Source: Perna viridis (taxonomy: Eukaryota). Taken from it: 64,000 nucleotides of DNA. How positions within the stretch are numbered: the stretch's first letter is position 1; each line of letters begins with the position of its first letter. The position numbers were made by a program, and so were the translations under genes. The notes beneath the pieces are model-generated. The model was not told the DNA's origin. It ran no database searches and saw nothing but the letters and a program-made list of their open reading frames with translations. This document shows positions 1-14,279 of this stretch, in pieces. Location: positions 33,551,644 to 33,615,643 of the forward strand of contig CM074524.1 in assembly GCA_037379345.1 (NCBI GenBank). Direction: 5' to 3'.

Positions 1-15
1 ATAACTCTGAAATAT

Positions 16-240
16 TACAAAACAATATAACAGTGTACAATAATAACAATATAACAGTGTACAATAATAACAATATAACAGTGTACAATAATAACAATAT
101 AACAGTGTACAATAGTAACAATATAACAGTGTACAATAATAACAATATAACAGTGTACAATAGTAACAATATAACAGTGTACAATAATAACAATATAACA
201 GTGTACAATAATAACAATATAACAGTGTACAATAAAAACA
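16..240. repeat. 24-bp minisatellite (tacaataataacaatataacagtg), about 9 copies
   Basis: Near-perfect tandem copies; explains the repetitive ORFs 15..347 and 33..320. Confidence 0.95.
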
Positions 241-1194
241 AGAACTGTGATCAAGCTCACGGAGTGGTAATATGTACATGTAAAACACTTAATTGGACAA
301 AATGTATCTCCCACTTCTAACCCATGCCGATAAATAGGTTGTTTCATAAATGTCTAGTAATTATGGGGCCGAATCAGGAGATTTTTGGAAAGGGGACCAG
401 ACGAAAGGGTGTTCAAGGCTATTATTTTCTAACTTTTGCCGAACTTTTGCACAAGTTTGACAAAATAACCAAAAGGGTGTCCAATTCCTTGAATACTGTT
501 ACCCACTGGATTCGCCATTGATTCTGGTGATAACTCAACTTCATATAAAGTTTCATCAAAATCCATCAAACCGTCTAGATGATGAAGTGGAATGGACGGG
601 TGGACAGACGGACAGACAAACATACCTTTCATTGTACATGTTTTCAGGTGTACACAAAAAACAAATAAAAAAAAACATAGCAATTGTTTTATAATTCAAT
701 TCATTAAAGTACTTCAATATCGGGAGTGCTTGCCTGTCGCACATGCACACAATAAAATTTAATATTGTTTGCGATTTCCCCGCCTGATTGTTGGGTGTTT
801 TTAACGACTGTACATTGTATTTCCTTTAAAATTGCATTTCCAAGGCGTCTTTTATCTTTAAATAAATCTAACAGGATTTGTGCTACCATTGAAGAAGACA
901 CAGCAGTAATGACAACTTGAAGTAAAAATGAAACAAATTATAAATTTTAAGTATTTATTTAACTAAATAAGGTATTGGGACTCACCGCGTAGATAAGTTG
1001 AGGGGCCACCATCGCTCCAACTCTAGACAAAGTATTGTTAATCCCGAACCCAAGATTCCTGAAAACATAGTTTGAAATTATTATAAAAGAAGGTAGGATT
1101 AAAGGATGGAAAGGCATAGCCATGAACGCGTTAAATACATTTTTTAGAATTAAAACAAAACAAAAGCCAAGACAAAACGCAACTAAACATTACA

Positions 1195-1440
1195 CACCGA
1201 ACAACACGATTCCTACTTAAACCGGAGTTTGAACTCGTGTACTGGAGAAGGGAGAGGATTTTCTGTTTCTTGCAAGACGTCCGCGGTGTCGCGCGTCGAA
1301 GATCAAATTCGGTGAAAAAGTAATATTACATGTATCTATGACAGACAGACTGTGTATCATAATAAACATACTCCATATAAGCTAATCAGATTGTGGTGAT
1401 GGCCGTCAAACTCTGTCTACGGGCAATATAAGCATCCAAG
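1195..1440 (-). mobile_element. Old Penelope-like element 3' remnant
   Basis: Minus strand gives GHHHNLISLYGV, like the GRHHELVDRYGV C-terminus of the PLE copies at 8.6 kb and 42 kb, followed by a degenerate version of their 3' UTR. Confidence 0.45.
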
Positions 1441-1639
1441 TTCGAGTAGTTATGTGTAGGCTGCTCTCCCGTGTATGACATAGAATTTAGTTGAAAGAGT
1501 AATCATGGAAACCAATGTTCTAGCGGAAATCAAAAGAATGTAATTCAGAGACAAAGAACAGGCATTGAAAACAGACATACACAATAAAGAACATAAAATA
1601 ACCAAAATGATACTGTAATCACACATATTTTGTTTGCCT

Positions 1640-4600
1640 TAGAATAATAACAGCATAAATATACTTGTACACATAGCTAATTTGCTTCCACCTTCTTTCT
1701 GGGATAATGGCTACTACTAAACAAGACCGAAGATAACTAAGATGTACGTTTTGGTTTATGATCATATCCTAAAGTCTCGGGAAGTCATCCTCTGCGGTAG
1801 TCTACTTAACCACCATAGCATTACTTTAAAGAATATCTGCCAAGACAAAGAATATCTAAATATCTTTGAAAAAAAATGTTCAAGATTTGATAGAGCTAAA
1901 CAGTTTCCTTTGTTTTTAACTGTGCAGAATTTCCCCTTCTTGTTGAAAAAACAGACGTTTGTAAATTTTGCTATGTGTTCACATGTAAATCAATTTAGAA
2001 AAATACTCATCCAAATACATTTGGACACAAGCATAAGTAAATTTGTACTTTATGTTAAACAAACGCTAATATACATATGGTGCAAATTTACACACGAGTA
2101 AATGCATTCACATGGTCGGATTTTCATTTGTAAATTTACATATTCATGTATGCAAATAAGTTGACATATGTGCCAATTTTTTCATTAGAACAGGACTTAA
2201 GATAATGTCATTAATTGAAATATATATATATATATATATATATATTGTATGTACATATATATTGTATGTACATATATATTGAAATATATATATATTGTAT
2301 GTACATATATATTGTATCTATTCAAATCTTATATTTCTATTTTTTCTTAAAACGGCTATTTGTTCAAACTACAGAAAACATTAGACTAGCAAGTGTTCCA
2401 GATGAAGATTCAGTATCTCACATGGCACAGAATGAGAAAACCCTTGCCCCTACCTCAGCCTCAGCTCTACCTACACCACCATCTGAGCAGTCTGAGGTAT
2501 TGATCCTATACCTTAACTTTCTTAAAACAAATTGAATGTGACTTAAAATATACCCTTTATATATGTCTATTAAGATGCATGATATTACGTATACACTATC
2601 AACAACCTAACCTTTAATTTCTCCACAATGGACTCACTATTTTCGTCCACTGTGACTCCTCCAAGTCATGTCTCCACCAAAGTAAAAACTAAGATAACAT
2701 TGTTCAGTGTGGGGTATAAAGGTATCACCCCGTCCGTCTGTCTGTCTGTCTACCAGTTCGTCTGTCAATATTTCTTGCAAGCACATCTCCTCGGATATCC
2801 TAAATCACTCAAGGGATTTTGATGAAAATTTACAAGAATGTTGGACATGATATGTAGATATGCACGAAGGAATATAGATACTGTCAGATAATTCCAAAGG
2901 GAGATAACCCAATTCAAGGTTTTACATATTTATCTTCGTAAGTGCAGCTACTCCTAAACCGCTCAAGGGATTTTTAAGAAACTTTATAGTAAGGTCATGT
3001 ATCATATGTAGATGTGCATGGAGTAATACAGTAAGTGTAGGAGAACTCCAAAGGGAGATAATTGAACTTATGGGTTATCTATTTAACTTCATTTGCGCGG
3101 GGCATTCCCTGTAAATTTTCTTGTTACATGTTTTCTGAATGTAACAGAAATGTAATAAAACTTCAAGAATCATGTAATATATTTTGGTGTGAAGGCAGAT
3201 GGATTTAATTTATACTGTATTGGGTGCACGTGGAGACACCGTGACTCTACTCACATATCCACCACTGTCAAGAGTGGAGAAATTAAAACTTGTGTTGACA
3301 CCAGTGTACATTTACAATGTGCATGCATATCTATTTTTTTTTACATTAAATAAAATATTGTTTATGTTTTTAGGCATTATGACCTCACTGACAACAGTAT
3401 AATTGAATTTCCATAGTTACATGCATATTACACTAAAATTAGTTCATTTACATAATTATGTTGGCTAAGTGGGAAGTATTATGTTTGTTACATAGGAATT
3501 GACATTTCTGAAAGAGTAAACCAATATGATCTTGAGTAGCATACCAGTTTTGTTAATTACTAAAACCAATTTTAAGGCAATCAATCTTGAGGTTTAGAAA
3601 CAACAATGATTAGGAAACAAACTTGCTTTGTCAGCATTGAGAGGCACATCAGCAATCTGTGTGTACACTAACAACTATATTGAACAATAATTATGTCTAG
3701 GACTGTATAAATTCTTGTACATATTTATCTCAAAGCTTGAAAAAATGACATATACTAATTTCTGTTCTTTGGGAACAGGAGATGTCCCAAGACGTGTTAA
3801 GTCAAAATATGACCAGATATTGCTCTCAAATGAAAAAAGCTGTACAGGGTACTAAAGCAAGATTAACTAACTGTGACCTACATGTTGCACAGCTTCATAA
3901 ATTATGCATCTAGATCAAATTAAATAATAACCAGGGAATTCCATGGCCACATTATCAGTTTCTATTTCTCACAAATACATTGTACAATGTAAACACAACT
4001 TACACTCATATCTTAAAATTGTTCTAAAACAATATTGAAATTTAAGCAGAAACATCCCATTGGTTTTGATGGCATGTGCAGAGATCAACCTTTCATTTTT
4101 TTTTAAAAGGTATAAGTAGCCATTTTTGTTGTCTACTCAACAGCAAGTGCGGAGACATATACTTTTATAAGCAGTCAAGGATCAGTTGTATCAGAGGAGA
4201 GTTGATAGCCTAAACTCATATCTAGCCACCTCTGATGAAGCCACAGTACTCTAATTCTCGTTGAGAATCATCCAAAAGAACTCAGAAAAGATGTGCTACA
4301 AAATCCTTGCAGTGCATGGCTGCCGTGTGTGAAGCCATTTGTCCAGGAGAGGGTGACATGTTAGAACAATTAAAATCAATCATTTCAATGGAGACCCCTC
4401 TAATCTATTTACAAAACAGCTCTTGTTTTGAAAGATGCCAACAATAAAGCACAATGGACTATGGCATTTCGAAACCTGTCAATCTTATCCAATATTTACA
4501 CATAAGAGGAATTGCAAGAGAGTTGTCTTTTGAGAAGCAGTAAAATGATTATATTCAACATGTCGTTTGACCTGTATGCAAGTGGTTAACAAGTCATCAT

Positions 4601-5577
4601 TTCTTATCTGTTACTATGTTGTAGAAAAGGAATATACCTCAAATTTCGTACATGACAAAAATCTTATTTTGATGTAGAGATATTTGGGAAAAAGGGTTTT
4701 CAAGGTCTCGCCTTAACATTTGACCTTGATCGTTGACCTTGAACTGTGTGATTCATTTCAAGCATAATCTAGAAACCTTAAACTTGATTGGCACACATAT
4801 AGATACCATTCAAATTCAATACCTATTCATCAAGCTTAGTATTGTTTAGGGAAAAAAATGTCATTTTATCAATATTTGAAACCTTGATTATGACCTTGAC
4901 CTTTGACATTTGAACTTAAACTTTTATGTTTCTTCTTTAAACTTCTTATTGATAGTTTTTTTCTGTTGATATTTTTTTATTATTTAAGAACCCCTTGATC
5001 AATCAAATGTGAAAACTATTGAAAAAGGTACTCCTTATTCATGACCAATTTTTAAAAAATAAATGGTCTCTTTGGTTTGTTTTTTATTAGGGTTCGGTAA
5101 GAATAGAAAATCTTGTAACCCCACTGATTTTTTATTCATTTTGGTTAGGATGATGATTAAGTATTTTAAAACATTTTACGGATTTTTTTCTGATATCAGT
5201 GCATTTTTAGCTTGAAATCTTAAACAAACACTAAAAAGAGGACTTTTTTGAAAATGTGAAAAGGGCGGTAACATTACCGTCATGGTATAAAGATATGAAA
5301 TGTCGAATTTGTTTTTCTATATATCAATCTGTAATGATAAAATATTGCTTTTATCATGTTTGTAATGTGACTATTATATCATTAATGTATAATTCATAAG
5401 AATGATAGAAAGTGGCAAAAATAATAAGTATCCTTTCTCCTGCATTTTGGCCATATCACCAAGGTCGGTTGTCATAATTTTTTTACATATGAAGTCTTTT
5501 CTGTTGTGACATGGTGGTTATAGTCAATGTCTACAAGAATCATCCAATTCTGAGGCTAAGCATGTCTGACCCCCTAT
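1640..5577 (+). mobile_element. Possible decayed intron-containing DNA transposon (Academ-like?)
   Basis: Broken coding-like pieces (1742-1900, exon-like 2374-2496, Cys-rich 4290-4350), a repeat-rich subterminal region with tgaccttga motifs, and an end at ...gacccccta; left end not found. Confidence 0.25.
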
Positions 5578-5725
5578 GTAAAAAGTTTTGTCCTTACAGA
5601 GAATTGGTATAAAATGTGAAGCATCAGGACTTTCATAGCAAAAAATACTTATGTAAAATATGTAGTCTTCACTTAAACATTAAACGTAAAGCTTTAATGC
5701 TGGGTGGAGCTGTAACATTGCTGAT

Positions 5726-5857
5726 CTATTCAAGATACCTGACGACGGTTGGGTAAAGTTCAGAGGTGACTATTCTAGATACCTGACGACGGTTGGGTAA
5801 AGTGCAGAGGTGACTATTCTAGATACCTGACGACGGTTGGGTAAAGTTCAGAGGTGA
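5726..5857. repeat. 44-bp tandem repeat x3 spanning an SLC22 exon end and splice donor
   Basis: Units 5726-5769, 5770-5813 and 5814-5857 are nearly identical. Confidence 0.95.
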
Positions 5858-8800
5858 AAATAATCAATGGCATCCATCCTGCTGCAACAGAAAGCTTACT
5901 GGCTAAAGCTAGAATATTGATGACAAGTCCCTTGTCTGAGAGTTCTGTAAAATATGAGCGAAATGTATCCTTTAAATACCAGCAGTTTTGTTACTGAATG
6001 AAGCTCCTGCAAAATTCCAATGGCTGTTCGTAAATACACCTCTTTCAAATAAATGATATGAATACAATGTTTTGATAAAAAGTAAGCAATGGCTTTAATG
6101 CATTTTAAAACTCAACACTGGCAAAAGCTAACGTTGATTTTAAGTCATTTGTCTGAGAGTTTTTGTATAATACATATGTATGCGCGAAATTTATCCTTTA
6201 TATACCGATGGTTTTGTTTCTGAACGAAACTATGACTGTTCTTAAATTTATATCTTTCTAATGTACGGCATAAATATATTTTTAAAGAGCAGATAACGGC
6301 TTTAGCGTATTTTTAAAAAATAGAATCTTTTTTATATGAGGTGAAATAGTGGGAAAGTGGTTACACTCTTTGAAACGTTCAGGTTTCCCGCACGCTCAAC
6401 GATGCACGAACCTTCAATGGGAAACGTGAACGTTTCAAGGTGTGTAAGACTGCCAAAATAAATGATATTAAACAAAAAATTAAAAATAAACAAGTAGAAT
6501 TTTAAATATTTTCCATATTCCCAAAACACGTATTTACCTAAAAATTGTATTATTCCGACCACAATTCCTGCTATTCCAGACATCAAGAAAAATACAACTG
6601 AAGTGCTCTTCCGTCCAAACCTAAATAAAAAAGATGGAATTAAAGTGAACGCTTATATGTACTGTACATGTACTATAAAGATAACTAATTTGATCAGTTT
6701 TGCAATTTCTGTTTACCTCCCCTTTCCAGTTAGGATAATTTATTCTTATCAGAGAAGATTTTTTTGCGAGTGTAAGTTCTACAGGTCTGTATATTGCGGA
6801 AAAATAACTTCCATGGAAATATAGCTCAATTAAAGCATTTTTTCGTGAAGCAAATAGGATTTACAACAAACATTGTATGTACACGTGATACGCCAATACT
6901 CACCTATTGGCAAGGAAACAAACAAAGAATGAAGACGATTCCATTAATCCAAGAAGTGACATATTCAAGTAGAGATTCCCAGAGAGTTGTGACACTCCAA
7001 ATGAAATGGCGTAAAAGCCGTATCCGCATGAAATCCTTAAATAAAACATGTTATCGCTGTGACCATGCGGTAGATATGTTATTGCTATAGGAACAAACTA
7101 CCATGAAAATGATTTTATCCAGTAATTGATCAATTTAATTGATTTCAATTTTGAAAACACATTGCATGGTTTGGGATTTCATTTATGAATGGCTCATATC
7201 TATTTCAAAAGAAAGAAAAAAGCTAAGGACATTTTCTGTTTTCAGTGGTTTAGAATTCTTTCATTTTTTCGTTTTTCATTAAAAGGTAAATTTTATGTAC
7301 ATGTGCATAAACTCTAAAACGACTAAAAATGATTTCTTACCACGTAAATCCTAGTAACAATGTTATTTTCAGTAGACGTGTGTTTTTTAATATATCCAGT
7401 ACAGTATATTTCCGCCCTTTTTCAACATTTTGCACCAGTTTAGATAATCTTTTGAGAACTTTATCTTTGTTCGGTGGGTCAACTCGATTAATCTGTGCCA
7501 CCTTGACCATGACATCGTAGGCGTCCTCGATTTTTTTATGCGATACCAACCATCGGTAACTTTCTGGAATAGTTCTACAAAACACGTTATTTCAAAATGA
7601 ACCAGTTTTATACATAATTTAATTCTGAAATACAATACATTTTAGTATCAAGACAAAAATATGTATGACCTTTTACTGAATCCAAGCTAAAAACATAATA
7701 CCGGATTTCTCAATCTTCAAGATAGGAATATCCGATTACTCGGTTCCATGGCGAATTATTTCTAAACTAATCGTTTAAAAATTGATATAAGCTAGACTGA
7801 CAATAAATTGTAACTTTGCAATAAAAATATGGTCTGTCACAGTTTTAAGTTCAGTTTGATAAACACCTTATCCTCTTCAAATAATTGAGGAGGAGGGTCT
7901 ATTTGATAAATTGTGTCATCCCAGATTTCTTCGTAGAATGAAATTTAAACTTACTAGCTAAATCATTCTGGAATAATAATAATTCGAAAGAATACTAAAT
8001 GCAATCAGCACCATATAGTAATAAAAAGAAGTCGTTGCTCTATTATTTCTTAATCGCTTTGTTGACAGAAAGCAACTTTTTTCCGACGCAGTCGGTATAG
8101 TTTCGCTTTTTACCCTTTGACCTTAAAGACGCTCTTCTATGGAAACGCAATTCACCTGATCGCAATTCTGTTTCCCGATTGTGTGGCGTTCGAAAAAAAC
8201 TGTTTTGAAAATTTGAAATTGCGTGAAAAAAAAATGTATCGAAAATTTAAAATTGCGTGCCATGTGTTATTTTCATGAAAGAAATGTAGAAACTTAGAAG
8301 TAAAAAGAACAAAATTTTACTGCGTCGGCTATCTTTTTTTAAAGAATAATACATGTACTTGTTTCGGAGAGTAATCAAGGGAACCAAGGTTATAGCGGTA
8401 GTAAAAGGATGCAAACCAGGGACAAAGACCAGACATGGAAAACAGACATACACAACAAAGAACAAAAAGTAAATAAAATCAAACATATAAAGTAACAAAA
8501 GCAAATGAGCAACTCTGAAAACTGGGAGCATGGACCAGGTGTACCGATAGGGTAACCTCTGCTTTTCTTGCAACACCCGCCGAGTTGCTCATAAAAAGTC
8601 TGTCCGGGGTAGACAAACGAGGAAAGGAAAACTATGACCCGTTGAATAAATCAGTTTTCATGGTGCAGATGGATACACCATAACGAACCACGAGTTCATG
8701 ATGACGACAATAAAACTTCTGTAGTGATGACTTCAATCTTGTAGCAACATAACCCTGTTCTAGAATCCTATTTGTTAGAGTTCTAGCGAGATACAAAAAG

Positions 8801-11107
8801 TCTGCGTAGTTTCGGCAAGCTCTGGCATAACGTATGAGTTGTGATATGATCACTGCATACGCAGGTGCTGAAGGGATGTTGCCACAGATGAAAGGAAAGT
8901 TGACAATTTTGAATGAAAAGTTATCATGTTTGTCGTAAAGTTTGGTCAATAGTTTTCCTTTACCATCGATTTCTAAGTGTAGGTCAAGATATGAGGCTGA
9001 CTTCACAGTGTCTGTAGTATCCTTTATCTCAAGTTCTTTGTGGTAGATGCCATGTATCAAATCCCCGAAATTAGGATTGTTTAAAGATAATACGTCATCT
9101 GTAAAGCGGAAACTGAGATTAAAGGATCTAGCCAAACGATATTCTTTCTTTCGGATCAGATCAGCTATAAAGTCAGCCTCATAAGAGTGAAGGAATAGGT
9201 CAGCAAGCAAAGGAGCACAATTTGTTCCCATTGGAATGCCGACCGTTTGTTGAAAAACACGTCCACCACGCTGGACAAATATGTTGTCGATTAAAAATTC
9301 CAGCATTTTGTAAACATCTTTCAAGTATCAAGTAGTTATTATTAGGCGAGCACGTTTCTTCTCCAAAATAATGTTTTATACACACTGTTAAATCTTTTAC
9401 CAACCTAACGGCAAGAAACCAGGGGAGACAGAACACAGCTGCTGCAATCTGAACATACATCCAGTCGTGGAGTAAATAACACATCAATCCATTAGTAATA
9501 GCGCCTAATGGCCACATTGGAAGTGACAATACCATCGACCTATGCTTCATTGGTATAAACTCAGCAAGATATGCAATGTCTATAGTAAGGTACCATCCAC
9601 ATCCAATACCAACGAGGAAACGTATAGCTGCAAACATCTCCCAGCTTACAGAAAAAGCACCTACTACATTAAACACTAAGAGAATTACTATAGAGGCGTA
9701 GTAAGTTGGTTTACGTCCGTACAGATCACCTACTTGACCGGAAACAAATGCACCAACAAGAAGTCCAAACATTTGGATTGTAGTAATTGTTGACATGATC
9801 CACTTTTTATCACAAACAAGGTCAAACTGCAAAAAAAGGCATTTCATTGCATTATTGCATTTTAGGTGTGTGTAAATTTTGATTTGTTGTATTTTTACAA
9901 CTATGCACATCCGGGGTACAATGTACTTTACTAAAACCACCAAAATTTATATTCTGGCGGTCGAAACTATAATGTTATACTTACAAGACTTCGACATATA
10001 TCGAGCAGTTTGAATGCTGACCTATTTCGCGATGAGTTAACGTCCTGTCCTAAATGTAACTGTAGGTGCCCGTGGGCAATTAAATTTTCTCTAGTGCCCT
10101 CTTTACATTCATGCTCGCCAAAGTTTTAATAATAAATGTATCTATGACGGCGGAATAATTATTGAACATATCCTTTTGTGAAACGATTTATAATACTTGT
10201 GCATGTTTATATTCATTACGGTACAACGCTTTGTTACAGAAGTCCTCGTGTTGTTTTATTTCTAAGTTGATATAACAATCAGTATCTCGTTATATCGACC
10301 TAATATTCCGTTATAATGATATACTTTCGGTTTTCTTCCTGGAAATTGAATAAAATCCCTCATTTTACGTATAATATGATTCAACTTCAGTTTTTGATTC
10401 ATTGATATCTAATACATTGTATCCTCTGTACGGAATTCAATTTTCTTTTCGTTACTCTTCTAAAGCAAAAGGTAAAGTGGAAAGCTTTAAATGTCTACAA
10501 CGCTAGGTTTTGTAAATGGGAGGCTATTTTCAATTATGTTGTTTGGTTGGTTGGTTTTTTCTTTGTTTTTATTTTCTTTTTATTTGTTTGTTTGTGTGTT
10601 TTTCGTTGGGTTTTTTTTCGTTTGTCTTTTATTTCTTTTAATTCCTCTGACGTTGTAATGCACTCAACTGAACAGCCAGTCAATTATGACAATTAAATAC
10701 ATTCGTTAAGGCGGCGGAGAAATATCCTTTATTCAAATTTAAGATGTTTACATTTTTGTGTGTATTTGTTACTTTTAAATCTAACTCATTTCTTGCAAAA
10801 TTACCTCGCTCACTATTGTATTCATTGCTGGGTCAAAGATTTTGGTCGAACAATCCAGTTCTTCTGTGATGTTTTCAATTTTACAGACTTGATCAAATGT
10901 TGAATTTGGCATGTAACGTGTCCCAGATTCCGTAACCCAGGTACATGTCCAGTCCGGGATGACTCCTCCAAACGCCATCATTAGAACGCTCCATGCTATG
11001 GTAGCTTTACTTCCTAAAACAACTATCGTCAGTATAAACTGGAATCGTCCGAGACCGCCCAAGTCCGTCAAGATGTTTTCAAGATATTCGTTCAGTTGTA
11101 ACGACAT
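5827..11107 (-). CDS. SLC22-family (organic cation/anion transporter-like) MFS transporter, paralog 1, coding exons 1-6
   Basis: GT-AG exons in consistent phase: 10805-11107 (ATG), 9405-9826, 7341-7574, 6904-7035, 6538-6620, 5827-5944. Motifs GGLGRFQ, FDLVC, GDLYGRKP, IPESYRWL, GNLYLN, FGRK, SELYPTVVR. Last two exons not found in window. Confidence 0.93.
6364..6444. mobile_element. Tiny fold-back MITE in an SLC22 intron
   Basis: About 26-bp imperfect inverted repeats (cactctttgaaacgttcaggtttccc / gggaaacgtgaacgtttcaaggtgtg) flanked by TA on both sides. Confidence 0.6.
8368..9320 (-). mobile_element. 5'-truncated Penelope-like retroelement (Naiad-type), copy 1, in an SLC22 intron
   Basis: ORF 8632..9324 with PLE RT motifs QQTVGIPMGTNCAPLLADLFL, FRFTDD, SYLDL, KLYDK, ISQLIRYARAC; 3' UTR shared with copies at 25.2 and 41.9 kb. 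Confidence 0.9.
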
Positions 11108-11319
11108 TCTGTATATACAGGTAAAGAAACAAAACACAATAAATGATAATCGAACTCAAAATGATGTAACAGCTGGTACCGAGCAGCTTGATACGATCAC
11201 AGTTTAGAAGTAAATGCAAAGAAATATAAATGACTATACATATGTCAATTTACATATATATATAACTAGAATGGATATGGTATTATGTATATAGACATTT
11301 AATTATTCTCTGCTCTTAC

Positions 11320-11480
11320 CCATTTAGATCGAAGATCAGGATTGATAAAGCAGTCCGCAGAGCCTTTCAGATTTGTAAAGCTTGTTAGCATCAGCAGTTT
11401 TCTTTCACTACCACAGGAAATAGTCCCATTGACATGCCCTTTTAAGGTTAAAATGCAGATAGTTAGGTCCATTTTATAGG
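11320..11480 (-). promoter_or_regulatory. Probable non-coding first exon and core promoter of SLC22 paralog 1
   Basis: Strong donor ATGG|gtaagag near 11320, an acceptor just before the ATG exon (11108), TATA-like elements upstream, and conservation in the duplicate at 35.2 kb. Confidence 0.45.
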
Positions 11481-13009
11481 TATTTCTGATATATAAAATT
11501 TAATTCTATGTTATTCAGGCCAATAAAATATCTAATAAACAAATTTTAATGCGAACCAAATATGCTGATTAATTTGGTTTGTATTAACAACGATTCAATT
11601 ACAAATAGGTGGCCTCTATTCAATTATCAGTACCTGTTCATGTCTATGTATTTACCAAAATAAACCAGTCTTCTACAAGCTTTATTCTTATTTATTACAA
11701 TTTGATATTGAACCAGAAATTAAAACCCAATGAGATTGTAAATAGCCACCAATCATAGAAATGAAATAGAAAGAGAAATGCTGAGTACTACCCAGAGCTG
11801 TCTCTAGATATTTCATGCAGTCCCAGGGGGATCTAAACATTTACAAACGGTTCCGATCAATTATTTCTTGCTAAATTGTTAACAAAAGGATAGCATAACC
11901 TCGAAACCATCCTGATGAATCACCCGCAGTATCGTGTATTTTTATAACGGTTACCGTCTCGTGACATCGGAAGCTCGGATATGACAAATACAAATAAAAC
12001 GTTGCTTAGATGATGGCATAACATTATCGATAATGCATTTCTCAGGAATGGTGTCAATCTGTCGTCTTTTGATATTGCTTTTTGTTATAATTATTCAATT
12101 GGCTACTTGGCCACGTGTTATGATTGTAGAGATGTAGGTGCTCCTGGGACCTAAAGGGCATAGCTATGGTTTCCTGCACCAACCATAATTGTTGAAATTA
12201 TATATAAGACTTTTGCGTTTATGTTAATGTACATGTCTGTGGATCTAGGTGTCAGAAACTAAGCGCTTTAAGAACATATACATTGTAGGTGTTTATGCTA
12301 TCATCTGTTGGGAAAGTTAAACTAGAATTAAGTTTGTAGTAAATATATGCAATATGTCGGAGAGTTTTGTCTTTATTCATCTAGGAATTCCATATTAACC
12401 GACAAGTGCATCATGGATTTTGGAGTATGTATCTTTTTTATGTTCTTCATAATCAGAATGTTGAATTCAAACATAAATCAAAGAGTTCAATATTAGAAAT
12501 CTACAGCAATGAGTTTTTGTTTAGATACGTTTGAATATGAACCCCATTCCTTTTATCCCCTAATTTTACAATTTAATGATTATTTGAGGCGTAAAAACGC
12601 AAACCATCGATGTAAATTGCTTTAGTATGTTAGTACTCTAATTTCATTATTATATAGACTAAACGTCAAGTTGCTGTTTATTATTATAACTGAATCATTG
12701 CCGGAAAAGGGTGAAGATAGGATGGTAGGAAATAAACATGTACTGCTAGTGCGGATATGTCGTTCAGAACCACTTTTCTTAATCATGAAAGAATGTTTAA
12801 TACTATAATAGTAGAGGCTCGATGCACTCGACAAAATCTGCTCTACTTACTGTGCTAAAGGAGTATTTTACCAGCGCAGCAAATGTATAAAAGATCTTTC
12901 ATGTCAAAAACCTGAAAACCAACGCGTTACTTCTTGTTTTAACGCGGTAAACCTGTTTTAACGCCTTAAATATAGTTTTGACACTTTAAACACTCCTTTA
13001 ACGACTTTA

Positions 13010-13275
13010 GGGAGCAACCATTTGATTTGTAGGGGGCTAGGATATGAATTGAAATAGAAAGGCTGTATGCACATATTCAGTGAAAAATAGTCAGGACAGA
13101 GCAGGCTCTGAAAAAATGCAGGATGCAGATTTGGGCTGTTACATATATGGTTACTTTCCAAAAAAAGGCTAGCGCAAACGCGCAAAAATAAATCCAGGAT
13201 TTTACTTGAAATACAAAAAAAAGCTGATCGAAATTTTAATCCTAGTCTTCCCATAGATGTCAAATGGTCGTTCCC
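13010..13275. mobile_element. PIF/Harbinger-type MITE
   Basis: TIRs gggagcaaccatttga / tcaaatggtcgttccc with TTA target duplication on both sides. Confidence 0.75.
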
Positions 13276-14279
13276 TTATATGTTGGCATTGCATTTAATG
13301 CGTTAAAATGTCTAGTGACGATAAACCTTGTTTTTAGTACGCGTGAAATAAAGTTTTAACGAGTTCTATTGGATTAAAAGCATATAGAAAAGGTGAAAGG
13401 TGGTCTTTAATATGTCGCGTTAAATGCTTTTTTGGGGAACACCTTCGGTCAAAGAAATCCTTATTTTAATGCATTTTTTTTTCACCTTCGTGTTAGAAGT
13501 TTACTCTTTCAAGTAGATCATTTCCTATGTGCTACCTTTGTAGGATACAAACCATGTTTTTACATGTGACGATCATAAACGGCTCGACTCTTCAGAGAGT
13601 GCCCATATAAAAACCAGGCAGTTCCTATGATAAGGATAGTACATGGTTAATTTATCCCAAAGAATTTTTCATTCATGTTTTGTAATTCAGATAGTACATT
13701 TTGTACAAAGATTTTTTTAAATCGATATTGGTTAGCTCTGAAAATGATTTTAAAAACAAAAGAACAAAAATTTACTGAATTTAAAGAGTTATCTCCCTTT
13801 CTTCACAATGACTTTCAATGCTTCCTGTGTAATTACTTCCTCTCTAATCGTTGAAGATAATGAAAAAAAACTGAACTTTGAGAAAGATGCATTTATACTT
13901 TGTAATTGATGAGTTTTTTTAACAAAATTTGTCTTGTGTCCCCACCCTTCCCCCCACTGCCTGGGTTTTGGACTAAAGTTGTTCAGAAAAAAAACTATCC
14001 TTCTTACCAGGAACCCATTAACCATAAACCTTATTAATGTATCAGTTAGTTTAACAAATGCATTAATCGAGAATTTGTAGTTTTGGTCAAATAGTTTGGC
14101 AGAGGTAAGGCTGACATATCATTGACCGATTCAGACCGAGGGGTGATCGACTCCTAGAACTAAAAATGGCATGAAATCTTGCACCAAATTTTACCCTTAA
14201 GTTCCTGATATTAGAAAAATGCATTTTTTTTTGTTTGAAATCGTGATTTTGTATTGAAATTTATGCCCGCCAGCCACAT

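Noticed and set aside
15-347. ORFs of 110 and 95 aa
   Set aside because: Translation of a 24-bp minisatellite
704-917. Exon-like minus-strand segment as the missing SLC22 terminal exon
   Set aside because: No LPET/LNET motif or similarity to paralog 2's last exons; identity unknown
5726-5857. CRISPR-like or hammerhead-like repeat (contains CTGACGA)
   Set aside because: No spacers, no GAAA core or stems; it is a duplicated exon end
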